A stretch of DNA of 64,000 nucleotides from Candidatus Cloacimonadales bacterium (GTDB lineage Bacteria > Cloacimonadota > Cloacimonadia > Cloacimonadales > JAFGVF01): positions 2,624,001 through 2,688,000 of the forward strand of contig OY782781.1 in the NCBI GenBank assembly GCA_963678315.1, in the 5' to 3' direction. The notes beneath the pieces were generated by a model. That model was given only the letters and a program-made list of their open reading frames with translations. It ran no database searches and was not told the DNA's origin. Made by a program: the position numbers and the translations under genes. Shown piece by piece: positions 10,332 through 20,263 of this stretch (within the stretch, counting starts at the first letter, position 1; every line of letters starts with the position of its first letter).

Positions 10332-13300
10332 ATTCTTATCCCTACAACCGTTATATCATCTCTTTGAGAGTGTTGACTATGGCAATCAGAGATTGTCTTA
10401 GATAACACATCTTTAGCAGTAGCAAGACTAATATTTCTATGTTGATTGATAAAGTCTATGAGTCCTTTTTGTTTAAATCTTTTTCTAGCACCATCTTCAA
10501 TTACAGCCATATCATAGATTCCATCTGTTGAAAGATATAATTCAATTTGATTATCATAACTCAATTGGAAGGCTTCGAAAGGTATATCTTTTGTATCACC
10601 TATACTTCTTTTTGTACCTTTGACAACTTGTAATTCTTCATTATCTTTCCTGACAAACATATTGCACCTAGCTCCTATAAACTCAATCTCTTTGATAGTC
10701 TTATCTATTAGAACAATGCCAAGATCAAGTCCAGCTTTTAAACCTGTATCTTTATCCCTAACTAAATTCCGGATACGATTATCAATTTCTTCAAGACATT
10801 CATTAATTGAACTAAATTTACTATCCTTGAGAACATTATTCATAATAGAATTAGCAGCAATTGTCAAAAGTGCTCCAGGTACCCCGTGTCCTGTACAATC
10901 AACAACTGCACAGATAGCCCTATCCTTGTCTATTTGATAGAACCAGATAAAATCTCCACTTACTCTATCTTTTGGAAGATAGATAGAGAAGTATTCTTTT
11001 ACAAAATTGCACACCTCTTTATCGGAAGGCAAAATCGATTTCTGAAGGGTCGCTGCATAGGTTATTGAGCTATGCAAAGATTTTTGTTTATTAACAATTT
11101 CTAAAGTTTGTTGATCAACTAGACTAGCCAGTCTCTTCTTATCTCTATTTATTTTTTTAACTCTTCTTACAAAAAAAGCTCTAACAATTAATACTATCGC
11201 AGTAAGCAATAAGATTACATATATAACAATAATTACAATTTGTGGACCTAATCTACTAACTCTGAAAGGATAGATATCAGTCTCAATAATCTCACCATTA
11301 TCTAATTTAATTCTAGCTTGGACACTATAACGCCCTGGTTTTAAGATACCAAATTCCCTTTCAGCATTATTATTAAATTTAGGCCAGTCTGTATCATATC
11401 CCTGTAAAAAGATGGAATACTTAATATTTTTATCTGAGTAAAAACTATTACTTTTTATCCTAATTATTGTTTTCTTGTTGGAGACATATACATATCGATC
11501 AATAGTGTTCTCATTTGAAGCCTCCAAGTCCTTAAAAACATTTCCATCTTGAACAAAAGAGAAATTAAGAAATTTGTAATCTTGTTCAGGCTCATCGAAT
11601 AAAAAAAGTCCATTATTAGATGCTATGGCAATTTGCTTGTTATATGAATGAATGGAGGTAATATTGGTTGGAACTCCATAATAGGAATCATATTGTAAAA
11701 ACTCTTTACTTTGGGAGTTATATTTCAAAAGACTATTACTAGTTGAAAACCATAAGTTCCCCTCTGAATCTTTACAAGAACTTAATACTTCACCTTTGAT
11801 TTTAAAGCTTTTAATTTCATCATTCTTAAATCTATAAATGAAATTTTGATTACCATAGATAAAAACATTTTCCCCATCACTAGCAAATGATGGATCAAAG
11901 GATTTTTGCGAGAGTCTGTAGCTTTTAACCTTATCCTTAATCTTATCTAGATATGCTAGACTATCAACAGAAACAACATTTAACCTAAATTCATTGTTAA
12001 ATGTAGTATAGAATACTAAATCATCAAAACTTTCTATATAATTACCACAAAATCCTGATAGCCAAGGCTTAAAACAATATTTATTTTCAATTACATCATA
12101 TATATTTGTAGGTAAATCTGTTTTTTGTACACTAATTACAAAAATTTGTCTATAGTTTAACTTGGAAATAGCAAGTGCCAGTAAATGATTGCTATCTTTA
12201 AAATCTGTAACTAATGAATCTGTATCAGTGTTAATTAAGTAGGTCTGCCTTTTCTCATCAAATTTTAACTCAAAGTTTCCCTTTTCTTCTAGCTCAAATA
12301 CATATTTTGACAACTTTAATAAATTTTCTTTTGCTATCTGTTTAGGATAAATAGAATCTATAGAAAAAGATAATGTATCGACTAATAAAAAAGATTCTTC
12401 ACTTATCTCAATAAATCTTTTGCTTGTTTTGGGGAAAGTTACGTTTATCGAGTCAATGAAATTTTTAAAACTTTCATGTTCTCTAAGGTTTAGCTTTTCA
12501 CAAGGATGAAAAGCGATATAACTGTTATTATCTATAGAAAATAATCCCTTGTCATTTGATAAAATACTCTCAATAACTTTATCATCAAGCATTCTTATTG
12601 TGTTGTTGGAATTCTTTATTTTATAAAATGCTCTGTTAGTAAAACAGAGACTAATCTTACCAAAAGTCTGCATTAATTTGATTTCTTCCTGATGAGGAAA
12701 AATGATTAATTTACTTTCATCAAGATATTTAGTTCCAATATAAGATGTATTCTCCAGCTCTGAAACAAAAGAAAATTCATCAAAGCTTTTATAAGCAAGT
12801 TGTTTAATGACTCCAAGATTCGTGATAAGATAATTGTTCTGAGCAATAAGTAATTCATATGAGCTGTTAATATTACTTCCAATCGAAAGTGATCCTATCT
12901 TCCTTGTTATGTGACTATTAATAACAGCTGTTGTAATTAGTTCTTTTGTTGAGTCTATTTTTGGAAAAGATTTATAAGGAACTTCTTTTATTGCTTTAAG
13001 TTGTCCCTGACAATACTGAAAAATAGTTGGACCAGATGATTCTTTTTCTTTTGCTAAAATGAAGAGACTATTTTCAGCTGTGCAAAAATCATAAATTTGG
13101 TTTACTCCTAAACTTGATAATAGATCATCTTTATTTTTTATCTGCAAGTTATCTTTATCTAATAGCCAATATTTACAATAATAGTTTTCATCGTCAGTTT
13201 CGTAAAGCGTTTTAATCAAAACAATAGTATTATACTCTGGTAAGATGAAGTATTTATCAAAAGAACCATTTGCGCTGTTTTTTTGTGTTATTTTTCCAGA

Positions 13301-14110
13301 TTCTACATTTAATATTTCTAATGAGTCACTTTCACTTCTGTGGGAATAAGTAATTTTATCTTCACTAAAATCAAGTAATTGCAAGTATTTTCCTACTGGA
13401 TGAGTAAGAGAGTATTTTCTGATTTCTTCATCCCAGACAAAATAAGCATCATCTGAGACAGCACAAGCCACACCTAAGCTATCTACTTCAAACTTAATAT
13501 CATTTGGAAAATGTACCTTTTCAACACAGTCATTCAAATTCCGATTAGTAAACTTACTAAAGTCTATTCTACATATATAGTCTTTTTCTCTAAAATACAA
13601 TCGATTATTAATCGTTTTAGAAATTGGAATGGGATGTTCAGCCTTATGAAATCCATATCTTTCATCCGCTTTAATTTCAAATCTATCGTTATAAAACTGC
13701 AGGTAAGAGCTTTCATCGATTTTTGCCACATACTTGAGTGTATCTTGATATTCATAATCAATCTTAGACAAAGTTAACCCTTTAACACTATAATCGCTAA
13801 TTTGAAATGTTACATCTTGAACATGAATACCATCGAATTTATAGTATCTAGCAAAGTTTTCATCATCAGCATCAGGATTCTTTTTAAGCCAAATGTAGCC
13901 TTCATAGTCTTGAAATAGAGCTTTATCAACTTCTGGGAATCCATCTTTTTGAGAATACTTAGTGATATACTGATAAGAATCTTCAACTCTAGATATAAGA
14001 CTACATTCATCCTTAAAAGACTTGAAATTCTCTGTATTAGCAGATAAGACAACAACTGCAAGAAGAGGACAAATTACCAATAACCACCTTATTTTCATAC
14101 CAAACCTCAT
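10328..14110 (-). CDS. Second membrane sensor PP2C/SpoIIE phosphatase (SiaA-like); true start probably ATG at 14098
   Basis: Same architecture and catalytic motifs as 6498..10331; ATGA overlap with it; GAGG precedes second ATG. Confidence 0.88.
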   Translation of the reverse strand: MRFGMKIRWLLVICPLLAVVVLSANTENFKSFKDECSLISRVEDSYQYITKYSQKDGFPEVDKALFQDYEGYIWLKKNPDADDENFARYYKFDGIHVQDVTFQISDYSVKGLTLSKIDYEYQDTLKYVAKIDESSYLQFYNDRFEIKADERYGFHKAEHPIPISKTINNRLYFREKDYICRIDFSKFTNRNLNDCVEKVHFPNDIKFEVDSLGVACAVSDDAYFVWDEEIRKYSLTHPVGKYLQLLDFSEDKITYSHRSESDSLEILNVESGKITQKNSANGSFDKYFILPEYNTIVLIKTLYETDDENYYCKYWLLDKDNLQIKNKDDLLSSLGVNQIYDFCTAENSLFILAKEKESSGPTIFQYCQGQLKAIKEVPYKSFPKIDSTKELITTAVINSHITRKIGSLSIGSNINSSYELLIAQNNYLITNLGVIKQLAYKSFDEFSFVSELENTSYIGTKYLDESKLIIFPHQEEIKLMQTFGKISLCFTNRAFYKIKNSNNTIRMLDDKVIESILSNDKGLFSIDNNSYIAFHPCEKLNLREHESFKNFIDSINVTFPKTSKRFIEISEESFLLVDTLSFSIDSIYPKQIAKENLLKLSKYVFELEEKGNFELKFDEKRQTYLINTDTDSLVTDFKDSNHLLALAISKLNYRQIFVISVQKTDLPTNIYDVIENKYCFKPWLSGFCGNYIESFDDLVFYTTFNNEFRLNVVSVDSLAYLDKIKDKVKSYRLSQKSFDPSFASDGENVFIYGNQNFIYRFKNDEIKSFKIKGEVLSSCKDSEGNLWFSTSNSLLKYNSQSKEFLQYDSYYGVPTNITSIHSYNKQIAIASNNGLFLFDEPEQDYKFLNFSFVQDGNVFKDLEASNENTIDRYVYVSNKKTIIRIKSNSFYSDKNIKYSIFLQGYDTDWPKFNNNAEREFGILKPGRYSVQARIKLDNGEIIETDIYPFRVSRLGPQIVIIVIYVILLLTAIVLIVRAFFVRRVKKINRDKKRLASLVDQQTLEIVNKQKSLHSSITYAATLQKSILPSDKEVCNFVKEYFSIYLPKDRVSGDFIWFYQIDKDRAICAVVDCTGHGVPGALLTIAANSIMNNVLKDSKFSSINECLEEIDNRIRNLVRDKDTGLKAGLDLGIVLIDKTIKEIEFIGARCNMFVRKDNEELQVVKGTKRSIGDTKDIPFEAFQLSYDNQIELYLSTDGIYDMAVIEDGARKRFKQKGLIDFINQHRNISLATAKDVLSKTISDCHSQHSQRDDITVVGIRI
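10332..11073. repeat. Second copy of duplicated phosphatase-domain DNA
   Basis: Matches 6502-7243. Confidence 0.92.
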
Positions 14111-14123
14111 TTAATATTAAAGA

Positions 14124-15074
14124 CTAGTAAACTTTTTCTAACAACCTTAAAATATTTTCTTTTGTAGCTTTAGATTTATCAATGATCAGCTTATCTCCCT
14201 CAATTCTATAAGCATTTTCAATGTCTTCTTTTTCAGATTTGAAGGTAATCAACTGGTGAGTTATCTTAGGATGGTTAAATCCTTTCAATATTTTTTCATC
14301 TGGAGGATTGCAGTTGATATATTCTTGAGCTATTCCCCATGTAGTATGGCAAATCTGTATTTCATCAACTTCGGCACTCTGTTCAAGTCTGGAAGCTAGA
14401 TTAACGGTTTTACCACTTATTGTATAATCCATCCTTTCAGATGAACCAAAGTTACCCACCATACACCAGCCAGTAGCAATTCCGATTCTTATATGAAATG
14501 GTTGTTCATAGCCCATCAGAAACCACTTTTTACGAATTGTCTTCATCTTCTCTCTCATCTCATAAGACATTTGAAGGCAATTCTTAACATTATCTTCTAT
14601 ACTTGAATTACCTGGAGCTCCAAAAAAAACCATGATAGCATCACCAATATACTTATCTAATGTACCACCATATTTATTAACAATAATGGTCATCTCCTCT
14701 AAGTAGCTATTGAGGAATTCGGAGAGCGTTTCTCCGTCCATCTCTGAGGTAATTGTACTAAAACTCTTTATATCAGAAAAGAAAACTGTTATATTTTTCC
14801 TTACTGTTTGATAGTTTTCTGCAAGCTCTCTTCCTTTGACGATATTTTTATAGAGTTGTTGTGATACATATTTCTTTAGTCTGTGTTCAATTCTTCTGAG
14901 TTTAGCAGACTGCTTATCATTGTGTTTAGTTAGCATTTTAATCTGTTTAAGTAATTTGGAATACTCAAGCATTAATTGACCGAACTTTTCTTTACAAACT
15001 TTATCACTAATTTTATCTACATCTATATCTGACAGATCAGCTATGAATTTTGATTCTTTCTCAAACATACTCAT
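14124..15074 (-). CDS. Class III adenylate cyclase with N-terminal coiled-coil stalk
   Basis: 'FFSDIKSFS', 'DKYIGDA', 'DYTISGKTVNLASRLE'; Lys/Thr at substrate-specifying positions favours ATP. Confidence 0.9.
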   Translation of the reverse strand: MSMFEKESKFIADLSDIDVDKISDKVCKEKFGQLMLEYSKLLKQIKMLTKHNDKQSAKLRRIEHRLKKYVSQQLYKNIVKGRELAENYQTVRKNITVFFSDIKSFSTITSEMDGETLSEFLNSYLEEMTIIVNKYGGTLDKYIGDAIMVFFGAPGNSSIEDNVKNCLQMSYEMREKMKTIRKKWFLMGYEQPFHIRIGIATGWCMVGNFGSSERMDYTISGKTVNLASRLEQSAEVDEIQICHTTWGIAQEYINCNPPDEKILKGFNHPKITHQLITFKSEKEDIENAYRIEGDKLIIDKSKATKENILRLLEKVY

Positions 15075-15077
15075 AAT

Positions 15078-15449
15078 CTAATAGCCAATATAATCAATAT
15101 TTAAATGAGTTTCATCAGTCAAATCTTCACCAGTCTCTTTAAGATCTTCATCATCTTCAGGATATCTCCATTTAATTTTAATTGATTTTCCAGAATCAGC
15201 CATCTCTTGAAAATACTGTATTAAATCGTAGATTGACTTATAAGAACTACTATTAAGATATTCAATATCGAATACAATTTCAGCAGAATCTTTCATTGTG
15301 AAGTATTCAGTTACCCAATTGACAACAGGTTCAAAAAACTCAAGTGTATTTTCAGGATAAGACTCACCTTCAAAAGATAAAACTTCCTTATTATAATCTA
15401 GATCTATTTTTAAGGTTTGTTCTGTTGCTTCTATATTTAAATTGTTCAT
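15078..15449 (-). CDS. SiaC-family (DUF1987) regulatory phosphoprotein
   Basis: 'GESYPEN..EFF.PV..W', 'YLNSSS.K', 'W.Y..DDED..E.GED'. Confidence 0.9.
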   Translation of the reverse strand: MNNLNIEATEQTLKIDLDYNKEVLSFEGESYPENTLEFFEPVVNWVTEYFTMKDSAEIVFDIEYLNSSSYKSIYDLIQYFQEMADSGKSIKIKWRYPEDDEDLKETGEDLTDETHLNIDYIGY

Positions 15450-15991
15450 ATATTCTCCTTATTCATTGTTACTTGGATTTTTAGAAAGTAATAATCCTCA
15501 TTAACTTGCTTGAAATCATAATCAATCTTAGATTTAGATTTTAAGGCAACTTCAACAAGCCCAAACCCAGCACCTTCTCTCTTTCTCTCTTTTTTTAATG
15601 CTTGCTTTTTCATTAGAGTTAGTTCATCTGTAGATTTGCTATTTATCATATCCAAATAAGTAGAGATTGCATCAATTTTATTTTTATGAACTGCATTTCC
15701 TGATTGTACAACGAAACAATTGTTTTCTTCATAAACATGCATAATACCTTCACTTACTATATGTGAGTCATGTTCTGTTCTGTTGGCTGAATAATGTACT
15801 ATATTTTGGGCCATTTCAACAAAAACAGAAAATATCCTTCTACTTAATTTTTTTTCTTTGCCAAATAACTTTGATTTAAGGGATTTAGCTAAATCATTAT
15901 AAATATCTTCTGCAAAATTACCACAAAATATAACTATTGTCTTCTTATTTTCCCGAGTAAACATATTGTAAATATCGAATAAATCTGACAT
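15446..15991 (-). CDS. SiaB-family GHKL-type Ser/Thr kinase
   Basis: 'FVEMAQNIVHYS' and 'GAGFGL' motifs; ATGA overlap with siaC-like gene. Confidence 0.88.
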   Translation of the reverse strand: MSDLFDIYNMFTRENKKTIVIFCGNFAEDIYNDLAKSLKSKLFGKEKKLSRRIFSVFVEMAQNIVHYSANRTEHDSHIVSEGIMHVYEENNCFVVQSGNAVHKNKIDAISTYLDMINSKSTDELTLMKKQALKKERKREGAGFGLVEVALKSKSKIDYDFKQVNEDYYFLKIQVTMNKENI

Positions 15992-16035
15992 AATATCTCC
16001 TTGGATATTTATTATCTGTTAGCAAACGTTTATTA

Positions 16036-16063
16036 ATTATTAGTTTAGATTATTTTTTGTCAA
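16036..16063 (-). promoter_or_regulatory. Putative sigma70 promoter upstream of siaB-like gene
   Basis: TTGACA-16 nt-AATAAT on minus strand. Confidence 0.5.
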
Positions 16064-16121
16064 GTTATTATTGCATCTTCTTTAGCTACTATAATCAGTT
16101 AGTAAACTAAATATTAGTGTA

Positions 16122-19100
16122 TTATTGAACTTTACTTTTCATTCTATCTAGCTGTTGCTGAGTTATAGTTGTAAAGTTTTTATCTTTTGCTTTCAAAAAC
16201 AGTTGATTAGCTAGTGACAGCTTTTCAATACCAGCTTGAATATTCTTAGTAATTTCAAGTGTTATTCCCCAATTAAATAGAGCCTTGCCTTCTCCAATTA
16301 CATCTCCTATCTGGTTAAGAGATGATTGTTGCCTTGAATAGTATTCTACTGCTTTCTCAAAATCCTTTTTCTCTCTATATACATTTGCTAGATTTCCGAT
16401 AGTATGTGCAATTCCCTCAATATCATTCAACTCTTCCTGGATTTTTAAATTCTGCTCATATATATATTTGGCTTTATCAATTTTACCTTGCATAAAAAAA
16501 GCATCTCCCAAGCCATCATTGCAAAAAGTTACTCCAACTCTATCGCCAATCTCTTCAGCTATAAGCTTTGCTTTATTCAAAAAATCACAGGATTGGTTAG
16601 GTTCATTTATTACATTCTTAATATAACCCATATTGTATAAAACTGTATGTTCTTGTTGTCTATCACCAATATATCTAGCGATTTTTAAACATACTTCTAA
16701 ATTTTCTTGGGCTTTTTGATCTTGCCCTTCTGCAAATTGAATCATCGCTAGTTCAGTGAGCACTTTTGAATAACCATTTTTATCACCAATCTCTTCTGCG
16801 ATTTTATAAGCCTTACTGTAATAATCAATCGCTAATTGAGGATTACCTGTCCTTATAGATATTGTCCCTAAAGATGTGTAAGCAATTCTAATGTATAGCT
16901 TTTTATTCTCAGCTATAGCTAAATCAAGAAGCTTAGAATAGTAGTATTTAGCATTTTCATAATTTGCTTTATCGAGATAAAATTGTCCTTGAACTGAATT
17001 TAAAAGAATCTTATTTACTATAGATAAACTTTTTTCTTCTGAATTTAGCATATCACGAGTTTTGATGAATTCGTCATCTAGTGAGCAAGCCCTATAAAAG
17101 TCTAAGGCAGTTAAACGTATACGGTTTAAAATTTCTAAAGATTTTATCTTTTTTAAAGCCTTTGCATAAACTGAAGAAAATCTCTTAAAATCCTTTTTCA
17201 ATTCATAGAAGCGTAAAATATTTTGAAGATATCTATCCTGCTGAAAATCTCTTAATTTATCGAAACGTAATACTTTAAGAATTTCTTTAATTTCACTAAC
17301 ATCCCCTCTGATAAGTAATAACTCTAAATATTCCAACCTTAAACTGTTTTTGATACTTTTATCAAGAGTATTATCTATAGCAATTTTGTAGTAATAACTT
17401 GAGTCAACAAATGCAGAAATTGAATAATTCTTTTCAGCCGCTAATTTACACCAAAATGCAATTTCAGCTTTTATATCAGCTAAAATATAGTGATTAGCAA
17501 TTATTTCATAATATTCATATTGGTTATCTGAGAAATTATTGATATAAAACTCAGCAATCTTAACATGCATAGATTTTTTTTCTTTATGCAGTATAGTTCG
17601 ATAAATTGCCTCCCGCATAGTTTTATTATTGAATAAATACTCAACTTCTGGTAACATTTTCTTTTCAAGTATGTATTTATCTGCTGATAACTTAATCAAA
17701 ACATCTTCAATATGGATATTTATCTGTTTATCCGTTAATTTTTTAATCATACTATTAGAAAAACTTACTCCAATAATCGATGCATATTTAAGAATACTTT
17801 TTGATTCTTGCGACAGTTTTTCAAACTGATTAAGCAGTAAATTTTCATAGCTCTTAGGAATAATATTTTTTTGGATTAATTGGTTCAAATCAGCAAGATT
17901 AAAAATAGCTCTATTGTTATCCCAATTAGATTTTATTATCCTTAATGTATCAACGGTGTATGCTGGATTCCTATCTGTTAGATCAAGTAAATTACTTATT
18001 GCTTGATTCGATATTTTAATCTCAAGACTTTTAGCTAAGCTTCTAGTTATATTCTCTGTGAACTTCTTTGTTCTAAATAAGGCTGGATTACATTTATCTA
18101 AATCTTTTACATCTGACTTATCTCTACTTGTTAAGATAATCTTTATTCCAAGATTTGAAAGTTTTGATACAACTACACTACAAAGGAGTTTAGAAAACTG
18201 ATCTAGCCATTGATAATTATCAATAACAAATACTTTGTAGTCTTTGAGCAGAAACAAGAACATTTCTGAAAATATGTCAATAATAAGCCCTAAGTTGATT
18301 TTATCATCCCTTTTTAACAGATAATCCTCAATTAACTGATAACTAACATGCAAATCATTTTGATCAATGAAATCCTTAATAATTAATCTGTCGTTTATTA
18401 TATTAGTAATATTCAGTTTAATATTGAACAGCTGGTAAACTAAGTTCAAGGGTCTAAGACCATCATGTTCAGAGAGAGAGAATAAAAATACATCATTAGA
18501 AACATAGTTATGCTTAAGATAAGTGTGCGTTAATAATGATTTCCCTGATCCTGATTCCCCATATACAATGTTAATCATGGGTTTGAACAGAGAAGTAATA
18601 TCATCATAACCTAAAAGTTCTACATTTGCATACCTTTTGTTAAAGATATCCCATGTATCAGATATTTCTTTCGTTATATGAAATATCGAGATATCCTCAG
18701 CAATACCTTTGACTTTAACTCTTTTCAATAGTTCTGTTTCAAATCGACCAACCAGATGTTCTAAAATTTCTTTCGAGAAAGTAACCTTGCCATATTCAGA
18801 CTCATTCATAAGTCTTGCTGCGATATTTACAGCATTACCAATTATGCCATATTCAAAGCGATTCTTTGCTCCTAGTATTCCAGCAAATACCTTATTATAT
18901 GTTAATCCTATTTTAGATTTTATAAACATACTAGGAAGTTCAACAATACGTTTTGAACACACGAAAGCTCTTTGAATATCATCTTGATGAGTATTAGGTA
19001 ATCCAAATGAGATTAAAACTACGTATCCTTTATCACTATAGTCAATTTTATTGATTAATCCATCATAATAATATACAATATCTTGCACTTGCTTGTAATA

Positions 19101-19850
19101 AGAATTAAAAGATTCAATTGGAATATCTTCTTTGTCGCCTATATCCTTTAATGACAAGAAAATAGTTACAGAATCTCGCAGTTCTCCCGTAGCAGAATTT
19201 AAAGTAAGCCAATCAGTAACTTTTGGATGGATAAATTTATCGCTACAAGAAGATAAATCATCATTCTTTGCTTTATTAACATCCTTTAAAATGTAATCAT
19301 CTGAAGTCTCGATTTCATAAAGGTCAGATATAGAAAAAGTTCTATCCAGAACCTCTCCTGTGAAATAGTAATCCAAATGATATTTTTGTGAGCCAACAAT
19401 ATGCACATTTAGTTTGCCCCACCCACTACTATGATGGAAATCTATCTCAACAGAATACTTTTCATAAATAGTCTTGTTCAATAAGATTAAGCTTGACTTC
19501 ATTGATTTAAGACATGATTCAATAATTGGAATAACATCCTCTTCCGACCCAGGAAATATAGCCTGCAATGAGTCTCCACCATATTTTACTAAATCACCAT
19601 TATAATGATCAATTATATTGTACATTAAATCAAAGTAACTATTTAAAATATCTATTATAATTTCTACTGAGTAATAACCATTTTTACTAGTAGTTTCAGT
19701 CAGTTTTGTGAAAGACTTCACATCAGTAAATATAACACCTGCATTAATTTCCTTAGTAATTGGTATGTCTATTTTATTCTTACAATCTCTGACTAAATTT
19801 GTTATTATCTTAGGTATTAATCCTCTTAGCTGTTGGATATCATCCTCCAT
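16122..19850 (-). CDS. Tandem-domain adenylate/guanylate cyclase with P-loop (STAND/AAA-like) ATPase and TPRs (soluble-AC-like architecture)
   Basis: CHD1 'FTDVKSFT..KYGGDS'; CHD2 'NKIDYSDKG..GNAVNIAARLM'; 'GESGSGKS'; 'DNYQWLD'; C-terminal TPR repeats. Confidence 0.87.
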   Translation of the reverse strand: MEDDIQQLRGLIPKIITNLVRDCKNKIDIPITKEINAGVIFTDVKSFTKLTETTSKNGYYSVEIIIDILNSYFDLMYNIIDHYNGDLVKYGGDSLQAIFPGSEEDVIPIIESCLKSMKSSLILLNKTIYEKYSVEIDFHHSSGWGKLNVHIVGSQKYHLDYYFTGEVLDRTFSISDLYEIETSDDYILKDVNKAKNDDLSSCSDKFIHPKVTDWLTLNSATGELRDSVTIFLSLKDIGDKEDIPIESFNSYYKQVQDIVYYYDGLINKIDYSDKGYVVLISFGLPNTHQDDIQRAFVCSKRIVELPSMFIKSKIGLTYNKVFAGILGAKNRFEYGIIGNAVNIAARLMNESEYGKVTFSKEILEHLVGRFETELLKRVKVKGIAEDISIFHITKEISDTWDIFNKRYANVELLGYDDITSLFKPMINIVYGESGSGKSLLTHTYLKHNYVSNDVFLFSLSEHDGLRPLNLVYQLFNIKLNITNIINDRLIIKDFIDQNDLHVSYQLIEDYLLKRDDKINLGLIIDIFSEMFLFLLKDYKVFVIDNYQWLDQFSKLLCSVVVSKLSNLGIKIILTSRDKSDVKDLDKCNPALFRTKKFTENITRSLAKSLEIKISNQAISNLLDLTDRNPAYTVDTLRIIKSNWDNNRAIFNLADLNQLIQKNIIPKSYENLLLNQFEKLSQESKSILKYASIIGVSFSNSMIKKLTDKQINIHIEDVLIKLSADKYILEKKMLPEVEYLFNNKTMREAIYRTILHKEKKSMHVKIAEFYINNFSDNQYEYYEIIANHYILADIKAEIAFWCKLAAEKNYSISAFVDSSYYYKIAIDNTLDKSIKNSLRLEYLELLLIRGDVSEIKEILKVLRFDKLRDFQQDRYLQNILRFYELKKDFKRFSSVYAKALKKIKSLEILNRIRLTALDFYRACSLDDEFIKTRDMLNSEEKSLSIVNKILLNSVQGQFYLDKANYENAKYYYSKLLDLAIAENKKLYIRIAYTSLGTISIRTGNPQLAIDYYSKAYKIAEEIGDKNGYSKVLTELAMIQFAEGQDQKAQENLEVCLKIARYIGDRQQEHTVLYNMGYIKNVINEPNQSCDFLNKAKLIAEEIGDRVGVTFCNDGLGDAFFMQGKIDKAKYIYEQNLKIQEELNDIEGIAHTIGNLANVYREKKDFEKAVEYYSRQQSSLNQIGDVIGEGKALFNWGITLEITKNIQAGIEKLSLANQLFLKAKDKNFTTITQQQLDRMKSKVQ

Positions 19851-19858
19851 TATCTTTA

Positions 19859-20263
19859 CTAAATTGTATTTTTTATCCTATTAACAAGGATTTTATTTAC
19901 TCCTAAAAAAAACTTGTTAGCGATAATACTGTTTTTTACTAATAAATTGCATAATTCAGAGTAATCAATTTTAACTATTTCACAATCCTCAATAGCTTTT
20001 ACAAAGGCTGATCTATGAATTGGAATCGTAAAATTCAATTCCCCTATAAGTGTTCCACTGTTTAATTCTGCAACTTTTATTAGCTTATTTTCATCACATA
20101 TTTCTACAATAGCTTTACCAGATTTAATAAGAAGCAAATTTCTATCTCTTTCGCCACTGCTTATTATATATTCGTCCTTATTGTAATTACTTATTGAAGA
20201 TATATTTAGAATTTGTTTAACCTCTGTATGATCAAAATTAAATACTTTTGGTAACATTAACAT
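19859..20263 (-). CDS. Stand-alone cyclic-nucleotide-binding domain protein
   Basis: 'LIKSGKAIV', 'IGELNF..PIHRSAFVKA' phosphate-binding cassette. Confidence 0.85.
   Translation of the reverse strand: MLMLPKVFNFDHTEVKQILNISSISNYNKDEYIISSGERDRNLLLIKSGKAIVEICDENKLIKVAELNSGTLIGELNFTIPIHRSAFVKAIEDCEIVKIDYSELCNLLVKNSIIANKFFLGVNKILVNRIKNTI

Noticed and set aside
6502..11073. DGR template/variable-repeat pair
   Set aside because: Mismatches are not adenine-specific, are mostly synonymous, both copies are coding, and no reverse transcriptase is present
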